Origin: a virus
IMG/VR virus record: IMGVR_UViG_3300045119_000205
Coordinates: 4,462 to 68,461 of that record
Direction: 5' to 3' (one strand)
Length of the DNA stretch: 64,000 nt
Numbering within the stretch: the first letter of the stretch is position 1; every line of letters begins with the position of its first letter. The notes under the pieces were generated by a model. That model worked only from the letters and a program-made list of their open reading frames with translations, made no database searches and was not told the DNA's origin. The position numbers and the translations under genes are program-made. Below, piece after piece: positions 49,657 to 58,468 of this stretch.

Positions 49657-51201
49657 ATGGCCTTCACTCCCTCCATCCAGCAGGCAGTATTCCTCGACTG
49701 GATCTCCAACGGCACCGGCTCCTGCGTTCTGGAAGCGGTCGCTGGCGCGGGCAAGACCACCACCCTGATCGAAGCGATCTCCCGCACGGGCGGCGGCGTG
49801 GCCTTCCTGGCCTACAACAAGAAAATTGCCGACGAGATCAAGGGCAAGCTGGCGCAGCGCGGGATCGACTGGAAGACCGCCGATGCCGGTACCATCCACT
49901 CTTTCGGTTTCCGCGCCTACCGCAAGGCTTTCCCCGACGTGAAGGTGGACGGCAACAAGCTGGCCGATTTGGCCGCCGTGCTGCTCAACAACGACAAGCA
50001 CCCGCTGATCGCCCCTCTGGTGAAGCTGGTATCGCTGGCCAAGCAGCGCGCTCTGGGCGTGCTGGGCAGCATCGATGACAAGAGCCTGTGGTTCGACATC
50101 ATCTCGCACTTCGACGTGCTGGCCAGCGAAGATCTGGACGACGACGCCACCGAGCGCTTCGTGGACGCGGGCATCGCCCTGCTGCGCTCCAGCAACAGCG
50201 TCACCGACATCGTGGACTTCGATGACATGGTGTACCTGCCGCTGGTGAAGAAGGTTCGCTTCTGGCGCAACAAGTGGGTTTTCGTGGACGAGGCGCAGGA
50301 CACCAACCCGGCCCGCCGCGCCCTGGTTCGCGCCCTGCTGGCCCCCGGCGGCCGCGTCGTCGCGGTCGGTGACCGTCACCAAGCCATCTACGGTTTCACT
50401 GGCGCCGACAGCGACAGCCTGGATCTGATCGCGCAGGATTTCGACTGCTGCCGCCTGCCGCTGACCACCACCTACCGCTGCCCCCAGGCCATCGTGGCGT
50501 TCGCCCAGCAGTGGGTGAGCCATATCGAAGCGCACGAGAGCGCGCCGCTTGGGTCCGTCACCAGCCTGCCCCTGTCGGCTCTGCTGGGGCGCAACGACCT
50601 CAATGGCGACAGCGCCATCCTGTGCCGCAACACCAAGCCGCTCGTGGAACTCGCGTTCAAGCTCATCCGCGCCAAGGTGGCGTGCAAGGTAGAGGGTCGC
50701 GACATCGGCCTGGGCCTGATCAAGCTGGCCACCAAGTGGAAGAACGCCGTCACCCTGCACGGCCTGGAAGTGAAGCTGGCCGACTGGTCGAACCGCGAGA
50801 TCACCAAGGCGCTGGCGAAGAAGAACGAAACCCGCGCGCAGTCGGTGGAGGATCAGGTCGCGACCCTTCAGGTGATCATCGATCAGTGCCGCGCCGAGCG
50901 CCGCGACAGCGTCGCCGCCGTGGTGGACGCCATCAACGAGATCTTCGCCAACGACGTGTCGGGGATCTTGGTGCTCTCCACCATCCACAAGTCCAAGGGC
51001 CGCGAGTGGAACACGGTGTTCTGGTTGGACCGCGCCGGTACCTGCCCCAGCAAATACGCCCGTCAGGCGTGGCAGCAGGAGCAGGAAATCAACCTGCAAT
51101 ACGTCGCCGCCACCCGCGCCAAGAGGTCCCTCGTGGACCTCTACGCGGCGCCTGAAGGCGGCCAGGAGTTCGCCCGCGAGAACGAGGAGGCGGGGATCTG
51201 A
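49657..51201 (+). CDS. UvrD/Rep-like superfamily 1 helicase
   Basis: AVAGAGKTT, VDEAQD, GDRHQAIYGF, TYRCP, STIHKSKGRE, YVAATRA. Confidence 0.92.
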   Translation: MAFTPSIQQAVFLDWISNGTGSCVLEAVAGAGKTTTLIEAISRTGGGVAFLAYNKKIADEIKGKLAQRGIDWKTADAGTIHSFGFRAYRKAFPDVKVDGNKLADLAAVLLNNDKHPLIAPLVKLVSLAKQRALGVLGSIDDKSLWFDIISHFDVLASEDLDDDATERFVDAGIALLRSSNSVTDIVDFDDMVYLPLVKKVRFWRNKWVFVDEAQDTNPARRALVRALLAPGGRVVAVGDRHQAIYGFTGADSDSLDLIAQDFDCCRLPLTTTYRCPQAIVAFAQQWVSHIEAHESAPLGSVTSLPLSALLGRNDLNGDSAILCRNTKPLVELAFKLIRAKVACKVEGRDIGLGLIKLATKWKNAVTLHGLEVKLADWSNREITKALAKKNETRAQSVEDQVATLQVIIDQCRAERRDSVAAVVDAINEIFANDVSGILVLSTIHKSKGREWNTVFWLDRAGTCPSKYARQAWQQEQEINLQYVAATRAKRSLVDLYAAPEGGQEFARENEEAGI

Positions 51202-51246
51202 ACCCTGTCAATGGGGGCCTGGGGGGGCACATTTCTGTCCCCCAGT

Positions 51247-51261
51247 GTTCTCCTGATGTTC
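51247..51261. promoter_or_regulatory. candidate alphaproteobacterial LexA (SOS) box
   Basis: Intergenic GTTC-TCCTGAT-GTTC. Confidence 0.45.
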
Positions 51262-51269
51262 CCGGAACA

Positions 51270-51470
51270 AAGCGAAAGCGGCGTTTAATCCGCGATTATC
51301 CGACCGAGTTTCGGTCAAACCCGCGAAATCCGCGAAATTCGCCGCGAAAACGCGCAAATACGCCGCCAAATTAGCGCGGCGGGTTTCTTTCGGCAGATTT
51401 CCGCCGTTTTAAATCCGCCAAAACCGCTTGGTCTAACCGCGCGTAATTTCGCGGAGGTTTCGGGATTGAC
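51270..51470. other. non-coding region of phased A/T tracts alternating with CGCG blocks
   Basis: A/T tracts spaced about 9-12 nt apart; internal inverted repeats. Confidence 0.6.
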
Positions 51471-51478
51471 ATCGTGCC

Positions 51479-51509
51479 TGTTGACAGCCTGTCAGCAAAC
51501 CCCTACACA
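51479..51509 (+). promoter_or_regulatory. promoter/operator copy 4
   Basis: TGTTGAC-N5-GTCAGCA; TTGACA-17-TACACA. Confidence 0.7.
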
Positions 51510-51556
51510 AGCCTTGCCAGGGCGCTCCTGCCCGGCACGCAATGAGGATCTCTCCC

Positions 51557-51907
51557 ATGGCCATCGTCACCCACCTCGACACCACCGGCTACGCCCCCGT
51601 CGATGAGCGCTGGTGCGCTTACAACGACGTGACCTTCGAAGGCCCCGGCAGCCTGATCGGCAAGGGCGCCACCGAGGACGCGGCCATCGCGGATCTGGAA
51701 CAGCAGGAGGAGGACGCGGACGAGGCGGCCGCCCTGGCCGCTGACGCCGCCTGCGACGTGTGCAACGGAACCGGCTGGCTCACGGTGCGCAGCACCTTCC
51801 CGTGCGCCTATGTCTGCGCGGGCGAGCCGCCCGAGGACGCCAAGGGCGTGACCGGCTGGCCCTGCTCCGACTGCCACAGCTTCCACCGCGCGAAGGGCCG
51901 GTCTTAA
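51557..51907 (+). CDS. hypothetical protein with Zn-finger motifs
   Basis: GKGATEDAAIADL; CDVCNGTG...CSDC. Confidence 0.6.
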   Translation: MAIVTHLDTTGYAPVDERWCAYNDVTFEGPGSLIGKGATEDAAIADLEQQEEDADEAAALAADAACDVCNGTGWLTVRSTFPCAYVCAGEPPEDAKGVTGWPCSDCHSFHRAKGRS

Positions 51908-51936
51908 AATAAAAATTCACTTTTCTTCGTCGTCCC

Positions 51937-51967
51937 TGTTGACCAGCGGTCAGCAGGGGCTTATCTC
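51937..51967 (+). promoter_or_regulatory. promoter/operator copy 5 with AT-rich UP-like element
   Basis: TGTTGAC-N5-GTCAGCA; TTGACC-17-TATCTC; AAAATAAAAATT upstream. Confidence 0.75.
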
Positions 51968-52017
51968 TCTTCTTGCCGAGGGCATCCCGCCCCGGCGTCA
52001 AAACGGGAAACCGGATC

Positions 52018-52290
52018 ATGAGCCTCTCCAACACCTCTCCCCTCGTCGCCGCCTACATCGCCGCCAAGGCCGCCGAGGAAGTCGCTGCTGCCGCCGTGAA
52101 GGCCGCCCGCGACGCCATCGTCGCCACCGGCCTGGACCTGATCCAGGGCGAGCACGCCGACATCGTCGTCAGCCTCACCGAGCGCGTCGCGGTCGATACC
52201 GCCGCCTGCAAGAAGCTCCTGGGCGACGCCACCCCCACCAAATCCTCCGACGTGACCACCCTGCGCATCAAGGTGAAGGTCGCGGCGTAA
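52018..52290 (+). CDS. hypothetical early protein
   Basis: Ala-rich ORF after the promoter. Confidence 0.6.
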   Translation: MSLSNTSPLVAAYIAAKAAEEVAAAAVKAARDAIVATGLDLIQGEHADIVVSLTERVAVDTAACKKLLGDATPTKSSDVTTLRIKVKVAA

Positions 52291-52366
52291 GCCTACGGGC
52301 GCCCCGGTGGGGCGCCTACCCCCTGCCGAGGGCGTTCCGCCCCGGCGAGCATCAAGGACCCCTGCC

Positions 52367-52648
52367 ATGAACTCCGTTCTTCACCTCACCCCGATCTCCC
52401 CCTACTGCCCCCACCGCGTGGACGTGGACGGCGATGTCGAGTTTGGCGAGGTCGCGCTGCACGACCTCGTCTCCGAGGAGGATCTCCCCGGCCTGCGCAC
52501 CGTGCTGGTGTATTCGGCCGCCGAGGCGCTGCTGATCGGGCGGGCGCTGGTCGCCGCCGCCGAGGCGGTGCTGAAGGCCAAGCGCAACGCGGCGGACGAG
52601 GCCAGCCTCGACGCCGACGCGGCGTTCCTCGTGGCGCTGGGCGCATGA
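52367..52648 (+). CDS. hypothetical early protein
   Basis: SD AAGGA. Confidence 0.6.
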   Translation: MNSVLHLTPISPYCPHRVDVDGDVEFGEVALHDLVSEEDLPGLRTVLVYSAAEALLIGRALVAAAEAVLKAKRNAADEASLDADAAFLVALGA

Positions 52649-52977
52649 GCGCGTCCCCCCGGAGCGCCCCCCGCCAGGGTGGGCGCCTGCGGTCGTCAGG
52701 GGCGCTCCACGAGCGCCTCGACAGCGTCACCCGCGTGCTCGATCACTACCGTGCCGTGCTGGCCTGGGAGCTTCAGGAATTGCTGGAGCTACAGGCCAGC
52801 GGACCCTCGCCCCGGCACGCCGCCAAGTGGGGGCACGCGCGGGCCTGGGAGATCCGCTGCAACACCATCAGCCGTCGTGAGGGCGACATCTCCACGATCC
52901 GCCAGCGCATCGAGGCCATCGAGATCCAGCAGCACACGCTGGTGATCGCCACCAACGAAATCGAGGGAGGGGCCTGA
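52645..52977 (+). CDS. hypothetical protein
   Basis: ATGA-coupled. Confidence 0.55.
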   Translation: MSASPRSAPRQGGRLRSSGALHERLDSVTRVLDHYRAVLAWELQELLELQASGPSPRHAAKWGHARAWEIRCNTISRREGDISTIRQRIEAIEIQQHTLVIATNEIEGGA

Positions 52978-53168
52978 TGACCCTCTCCGCGCTGGTCAAT
53001 GCGGGCGTCATCGGCCTGCTGGTGGCCTATGTTTCCGCCGTGTTCATCCCGCCCCGCTACGTCACCCTGGCCACGTTCCTGCTGATCTGGAGCTTGGTGT
53101 CGCTGTGCCTGTACCGGGTCGGTCTGGGCGCCATGTTCGACGCCCTGGCGGGCGAAGGGGGACCGTGA
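52977..53168 (+). CDS. small membrane protein
   Basis: Two TM helices; SD GGAGG. Confidence 0.55.
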   Translation: MTLSALVNAGVIGLLVAYVSAVFIPPRYVTLATFLLIWSLVSLCLYRVGLGAMFDALAGEGGP

Positions 53169-53470
53169 TGGCACCGCATGCCGACATGATTTTCCGGGTG
53201 ACCGGCGGCGCCGTCGAGGCCGAGAACATCTGGTCCTGCGGGCAGCGCGTGCCCCCCGGCGAGGAGTTCTGGGACGAGGAGTATTGCCAGTGGTTCCAGT
53301 GGGCCGACACCAGCGGCGAGTTCGCCGCGTGCCACGAGGGCTGGTACTTTCAGTGGCGCTGCCGCATCGATGATTATGACATCCTGGGCGAGCCTATCGG
53401 TCCCCTGCACGGTCCCTACGCCACCCGTGGCGAGGCCGAGAGCGCGCTGCAAGCCAAGGGGGTGGTGTGA
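53168..53470 (+). CDS. hypothetical acidic Trp-rich protein
   Basis: GWYF...HGPYATRGEAE. Confidence 0.55.
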   Translation: MAPHADMIFRVTGGAVEAENIWSCGQRVPPGEEFWDEEYCQWFQWADTSGEFAACHEGWYFQWRCRIDDYDILGEPIGPLHGPYATRGEAESALQAKGVV

Positions 53471-53673
53471 TGCTGCACCTGATCGCCTTCGGCATTGGCG
53501 TGGTGTTCTTCATCACCTGCGGGCTGTGCGCGGTCTACCTCGTGCTGGAGGCGATCATCCCGCCGCTGTATCGCGTCCTCGCTCCGGTGTTCAACGCACT
53601 CCAGGGGTTCATGGCGTTGGCCATCCTCATCCTGATCTTCTGGCACTTGGTCTGGACGAGGTGGTACCCGTAG
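53467..53673 (+). CDS. small membrane protein
   Basis: Two TM helices. Confidence 0.55.
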   Translation: MMLHLIAFGIGVVFFITCGLCAVYLVLEAIIPPLYRVLAPVFNALQGFMALAILILIFWHLVWTRWYP

Positions 53674-53895
53674 CGCCTGCCAATCGTCACGAGACACCAG
53701 GGATGGTGTGATCACGAGGCGGCTTGCCACCGTCACAGAACCGTCGCAGGCTTGCTGCCTTCAACGGGGAAGGGCCGGGTTTCGCAGACCCGGCCCCCTA
53801 TCCGCACCGACTACGACGAGGAACACCGTCGCAATGGTTATCCACAGATTAGTACCGGCCACGCTATGGCGCAACCAGCGTCACTGCGGCGTGAC

Positions 53896-56091
53896 ATGGT
53901 TGTCATGAACGGCGCGGACGAGAGCCATGGTTTCGATGAGCCTGTGGCGCCCGCGCCACTGCCCATCGATCTCCCCAGCATCGCTGAGGCCACGCTGACC
54001 CGCGAGAGGCTGTGGGACGCGGGGTTCAGGCCGGTGGCGGTGCGCAACCCCGTCAGGGGCGACGAGAAGAGCGGCAAGGCGCCGCTGGGCAATGGCTGGA
54101 GAGCTTCAGCGCTGCAAGATCCCCCGTTCGTGGCGACATGCCCTGCGGTCGCTCACGCGTTGAATACGGGGATACTTTGTGACGGACTGCGCGCCGTCGA
54201 TATCGACGTGGACAACGTCGTGATGGCGTCACAGGTGCATGGCGCTGCGGTGCATACGCTGGGCGAAGCGCCCGCGCGCTACCGCGCCACCGGACCCCGC
54301 GTGCTGCTGTTGTACCGCGCCGCCGAGGGCGCACCCGGCAAGGTCGTGCTGCCCACCCCCAACGGCAAAGTGGAGGTGCTGGGCGCGGGCCAGCAGTTCG
54401 TGGCATTCGGCGCGCATCATACCGGGGCGGAACTGAACTGGCATCCCGAGGCGCCCGGCGACATCGCGGCCAGCGGCCTGACCATGGTCACCGAGGAACA
54501 GGTACATGCGTTCCTCGTGGAGGCGGCGGTGATCCTGGGCGCGGCGGCCGTGCCCGCCGCGCGCAAGGCTACCCGTTTACCTAAGCAGCCCGCGCCCGCG
54601 TCTAAGGTCAACGGGGGCGGTCTGGCCGCCGCCCTGGCCGACACCATCAGCGATGGCCGCGAGGAGTACATGCTGCGCTGGATCTGGGGGCGCGTGCTGG
54701 ACTGGTACCGCGCCTGCCCGATCCCGCCGACTAATGTGGAAAGCGAGAGCGCCTGCGCCGACGCGTTCCTCGCCTGGGTCGAGCACGTGGACAGCCGCAT
54801 TCCAGGGGCGCACGCGGCCAAGGCCGAGCGGCTTGAACAGGAAGGGCGCGGGTGGTCGGAGTTCCAGCGCAAGTGGCACTACGCCATGGCGCAGTGGGAC
54901 GCCAAGGTCGCGGACGAGGCGGGCAAGCCCAGGCCGCAGCAGGCGCCACCACCACCTCCTGCGGACGGTGCGGACGATGAGGACGATTGGGGACCCTCGC
55001 CATCTGGCAATCCCTACCCCGGCACGAAGGCGCCAGGGCCGCGCCCGCTGCTTACCGCCGCCGAGTTCGCGGCGACGTTCCAGCGGCCGGATTACATCGT
55101 GGACGGTATCATCCAGCGCGGCAGGCTGATCGCGCTCACCAGCGCCACCGGACATGGCAAGACCGCCGTCGCGTTATGCCTGGGAATGCATATCGCCACC
55201 GGGCGCAACCTGGGGTCCCTGGAGGTCGAGCCGGGCGAAGTGATCTTCCTGGCGGGCGAGAACCCGGACGATCTGTGCGGCCGCTTCCATGCGGCGGCGA
55301 AGCACTACGGGGTGCCGTTCGATCAGATGCATATCAGCGTGATGCCGGGAAACTTTCCTATGGCGCCGGGTGATGCGAGCGCGCTGCGGCAGCAGATCGA
55401 TGACAGGCCAGCCATAGCCAGTCTAACGCCCAGGCCGTTGTCGCTGATCGTAGTGGACACCAGCGCGGCATATTTCCCTGGCGAGGACGAGAACCACAAC
55501 GTGCAGATGGGCAGTTGGGCCAGGACGCTGCGCACGCTGACGCAGTGCCGGGGCAACCCGGCCGTGCTGGTGCTGTGCCATCCGACCAAGAACGCCAGCC
55601 GCGAGAGCCTGCTGCCGCGCGGTGGCGGGGCGTTCATGGCCGAGATCGACGCCAACCTCACGCTGTGGTCGGAGGCGCAGGGCGAGAGCACGCGGCTGCA
55701 TTGGGGTGGCAAGATCCGGGGTGCCGATTTCTCGCCGGTCAGCTTCGCGCTGGTGCAGGTGAAGCTGACCGAGCTTTGCGATCACAAGGGGCGCCCGTTC
55801 GTCAGCATCGTGGCCACGCTACAGAGCGATGCCGAGGCTGACCGGGTCGATGCGGCTGCTGTGTCGGACGAGAACACGGTGCTGGTGTGGCTGCACCGCT
55901 ACCCCGGCATCAACCTGCGCGACATCGCCATGAACGCCGGGTGGACGAACGAGCAGGGCCAGCCGCTGCTGGGAAAGGTGCAGCGGTTGCTCAAGACGCT
56001 AGGGCAGGAAAAGCTCGCCAAGGTTCATCGCAAGAAGTGGATGATCACGCCGCAGGGCATGAACGAGATCGGCGTCAGCGATGACCCGTGA
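53896..56091 (+). CDS. bifunctional Prim-Pol primase fused to RecA-like (AAA_25) helicase
   Basis: GKAPL..GW, NTGIL..RAVDIDVD, GQQFVAFG.H; Walker A SATGHGKT, Walker B IVVDT; start uncertain (53866-53905). Confidence 0.85.
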   Translation: MVVMNGADESHGFDEPVAPAPLPIDLPSIAEATLTRERLWDAGFRPVAVRNPVRGDEKSGKAPLGNGWRASALQDPPFVATCPAVAHALNTGILCDGLRAVDIDVDNVVMASQVHGAAVHTLGEAPARYRATGPRVLLLYRAAEGAPGKVVLPTPNGKVEVLGAGQQFVAFGAHHTGAELNWHPEAPGDIAASGLTMVTEEQVHAFLVEAAVILGAAAVPAARKATRLPKQPAPASKVNGGGLAAALADTISDGREEYMLRWIWGRVLDWYRACPIPPTNVESESACADAFLAWVEHVDSRIPGAHAAKAERLEQEGRGWSEFQRKWHYAMAQWDAKVADEAGKPRPQQAPPPPPADGADDEDDWGPSPSGNPYPGTKAPGPRPLLTAAEFAATFQRPDYIVDGIIQRGRLIALTSATGHGKTAVALCLGMHIATGRNLGSLEVEPGEVIFLAGENPDDLCGRFHAAAKHYGVPFDQMHISVMPGNFPMAPGDASALRQQIDDRPAIASLTPRPLSLIVVDTSAAYFPGEDENHNVQMGSWARTLRTLTQCRGNPAVLVLCHPTKNASRESLLPRGGGAFMAEIDANLTLWSEAQGESTRLHWGGKIRGADFSPVSFALVQVKLTELCDHKGRPFVSIVATLQSDAEADRVDAAAVSDENTVLVWLHRYPGINLRDIAMNAGWTNEQGQPLLGKVQRLLKTLGQEKLAKVHRKKWMITPQGMNEIGVSDDP

Positions 56092-56120
56092 TCAAAGCGT
56101 GAACAAATTCAGGATCATTC

Positions 56121-56326
56121 CTGTATCGGAGCGCGATACAGCGGGGGGGTCCTGTATCGCGATACGATACAGCGATACGGTGCGATACTGTCATGAAAAA
56201 AACGACCATCAAACCCCCGGAAATCTGCGGCTGTATCGCGATACAGACTTTCGATACAGCCCCCAAGGGAAGCCGCCTTGTATCGGCTTCCTATTCTTGG
56301 GGGTCCCCACGCGATACAGCGATACG
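56121..56326. repeat. iteron cluster, putative replication origin
   Basis: 13 CGATAC/GTATCG hexamers in both orientations directly after the primase-helicase gene. Confidence 0.75.
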
Positions 56327-56355
56327 CCGACCAACCCCGCACAAGGACCGCCGAC

Positions 56356-56898
56356 ATGACCGACAACAACCCCTCCTGGCTGCACGACCACCTCGCTGGC
56401 CGCGCCATCCTCGACGGCCTGGATCACCGCGCCCATGAGCTTGAGATGGCGTGGGGGATCGGGCGCCTGCGCCTGCTGGTGGCCGAGGATCTGCGCCTGC
56501 GCTTCGACCGCCAGGGCGAGAAGCTCGACCACGCGGTGCGCGACGGCAGCCTGGATGAACTGCGCCATGAGGCGAAGCGCATGCTGGCGGGCTGGAACGC
56601 GCTGAACACGGCGGCCCTGGAAGCTGGGCATAAACACCTGTCACCGGACGTGTGGGAGGTGATCAGCCCCGATGGCGAGGTGATCGCCATCACCCGCACC
56701 ACCCCCGAGGCAGCCCTGCACAGCCGCCAGAACCGCGCCATGGCGGTCTACAGCCTGGAGGAGGTCGGCAGGCTGCTGGGGCACTACAGCGCCACTGTGG
56801 GGCTGCTGAAGACCACATGGCCGGGCGCCATGGTCACCGCCGCCGACCGCAGCACCCTGTCGGCCAAGCTGGGCCGCGCGGATGATATCCCGTTCTAA
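56356..56898 (+). CDS. conserved hypothetical protein
   Basis: WGIGRLRLLV; ends DDIPF; SD AAGGA. Confidence 0.7.
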   Translation: MTDNNPSWLHDHLAGRAILDGLDHRAHELEMAWGIGRLRLLVAEDLRLRFDRQGEKLDHAVRDGSLDELRHEAKRMLAGWNALNTAALEAGHKHLSPDVWEVISPDGEVIAITRTTPEAALHSRQNRAMAVYSLEEVGRLLGHYSATVGLLKTTWPGAMVTAADRSTLSAKLGRADDIPF

Positions 56899-57140
56899 AA
56901 CCGCTGTGGATGCCCGTAGGACGGCGCCAGGGCGCCCTGGCGCATCCACGCACCCCCCAGGAGCCAAAACCCGCCTGCGGGCATCCTGGGGCATTCTGCG
57001 GGGTGATGGTCAGGAAGGCCAGCAATAGGTCAGCAATCGATTATTGGCCCGCCTCGCGCGCGCACGCGCCCTGGCCACGCGCGCACGCGCGCCCCCTGGC
57101 CGCGCACACGCGCACGTGATGCGCGCGAGGCCAGCGGGTC

Positions 57141-57171
57141 TGTTGACAGTTTGTCAGCAGGCTCGTATCTA
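57141..57171 (+). promoter_or_regulatory. promoter/operator copy 6
   Basis: TGTTGACAGTTTGTCAGCA; TTGACA-17-TATCTA. Confidence 0.75.
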
Positions 57172-57209
57172 CGGGGCACCGGCACGGTATGCCGCGAAAG
57201 GACCAGACC

Positions 57210-57371
57210 ATGACCTACGCTGAATTTAAGGCCCTGGAAGACGCGCTGGAGGCGGCCTACCGCTCGCTGCTCTGCAATGTCGATCCTCGCCACGAGCGCG
57301 AACTGCACGCGGCCTACATCGCCGCCAGCGACGCCTACGACATCGCCTGCGACGAGTTCCAAGAAGCCTGA
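57210..57371 (+). CDS. hypothetical early protein
   Basis: SD AAGGA. Confidence 0.6.
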   Translation: MTYAEFKALEDALEAAYRSLLCNVDPRHERELHAAYIAASDAYDIACDEFQEA

Positions 57372-57425
57372 TCACTAACAACGCGGGGGCACAGGCCCCC
57401 GCCCCCAATCAAGGACCATTTTCCT

Positions 57426-57560
57426 ATGTATATCTGGGTCGATATCGAAGATCTCACCAAGCTCGCCAAGCTCTGCGCGCAGTTCGTGCGCGAGGGGCTG
57501 ACGTTCGAAGTCAGCGAAAAAGGGCACCGCTGGCTCATCGAACTCACCGGAGGTTTCTGA
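57426..57560 (+). CDS. hypothetical early protein (44 aa)
   Basis: SD AAGGA; MYIWVDIEDL...IELTGGF. Confidence 0.55.
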   Translation: MYIWVDIEDLTKLAKLCAQFVREGLTFEVSEKGHRWLIELTGGF

Positions 57561-57562
57561 CC

Positions 57563-57775
57563 ATGGACGGATACGCCATCACCATCGCCTGGATCGAAGG
57601 CGCCAACCACGTCAAGGTCGTGCAGCTTGACTACGCGCAAGGCGAGGAGAACCTCGCCCGCGCCGCCTACCGCGCCGCCTGCGCCAACCCCAACGCCATC
57701 TCCGCGACCCTGGAAGGGCCGGGCGGCATCATCCTGGCGGAATACGAAGCGGCGCAAACCGCGCTGGAGGTCTGA
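57563..57775 (+). CDS. hypothetical early protein
   Basis: SD GGAGG. Confidence 0.6.
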   Translation: MDGYAITIAWIEGANHVKVVQLDYAQGEENLARAAYRAACANPNAISATLEGPGGIILAEYEAAQTALEV

Positions 57776-57778
57776 GCC

Positions 57779-57967
57779 ATGGAGCCGATCTACCGCATCG
57801 AGAAACTCACTCTGACCCATCACCACGCGGTCTATCGCGTGGTCAGTGGAAAGGGGCGCCTCTACCAGCAATGGGGCACATTCCACACCCGCGAGGAGGC
57901 CGAGGCATGCGCCCGCGAGCGGCTCCTGAACGAGGTGCTGGCGGGGAGGGATCACAGCGACGAATAG
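57779..57967 (+). CDS. hypothetical early protein
   Basis: SD GGAGG; GTFHTREEAE. Confidence 0.6.
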   Translation: MEPIYRIEKLTLTHHHAVYRVVSGKGRLYQQWGTFHTREEAEACARERLLNEVLAGRDHSDE

Positions 57968-57998
57968 CGTAACGTCACGCGCCTGTGACCTGGGGGTC

Positions 57999-58029
57999 TG
58001 TTGACAGTTTGTCAGCAGGCCCTTATCTA
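57999..58029 (+). promoter_or_regulatory. promoter/operator copy 7
   Basis: TGTTGACAGTTTGTCAGCA; TTGACA-17-TATCTA. Confidence 0.75.
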
Positions 58030-58068
58030 CGTCGTCACCGGCACCCCCGCCGCGAAAGGACCAAGCTC

Positions 58069-58416
58069 GTGATCTCCACCAACCTCATCGCCCGCCGCGT
58101 CGCCCCAGGCGTCCCCGTGTGGAACCTGATTGCCGACCGCGCCGAAATCGGCATCCTCTCCAACCTGCCCCGCGAAAAGGCCGCCTGCATCACCGCAAAC
58201 TACCACGGCCAGCGCCTCGATTTCCGCGCCTCCTCCACCGAGGTCGTGCTCGCCGCCCTGCGCTGCGCCATCGACGCACTCGACTACATCGCGGCCGAGG
58301 AAGCCGCCCACGAAGACATCGAGGACGAGGACGGCGAGATCGCCCGCATCCGTCACGAAGAGAACCTCAACGACGCCTGGGCGCAACGTCACGCTCACGA
58401 AGACCCCTGGTACTGA
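58069..58416 (+). CDS. hypothetical early protein
   Basis: GTG start after AAGGA. Confidence 0.6.
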   Translation: MISTNLIARRVAPGVPVWNLIADRAEIGILSNLPREKAACITANYHGQRLDFRASSTEVVLAALRCAIDALDYIAAEEAAHEDIEDEDGEIARIRHEENLNDAWAQRHAHEDPWY

Positions 58417-58468
58417 AACCCTGGCGCCCCCTCACGGGGGCGCCTACCCCGCATCAAGGACCCCAGAC

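Noticed and set aside
56081-56359. 92-aa ORF over the iteron cluster
   Set aside because: Its sequence simply mirrors the DNA repeats (RYSD/CIAI); better explained as an origin.
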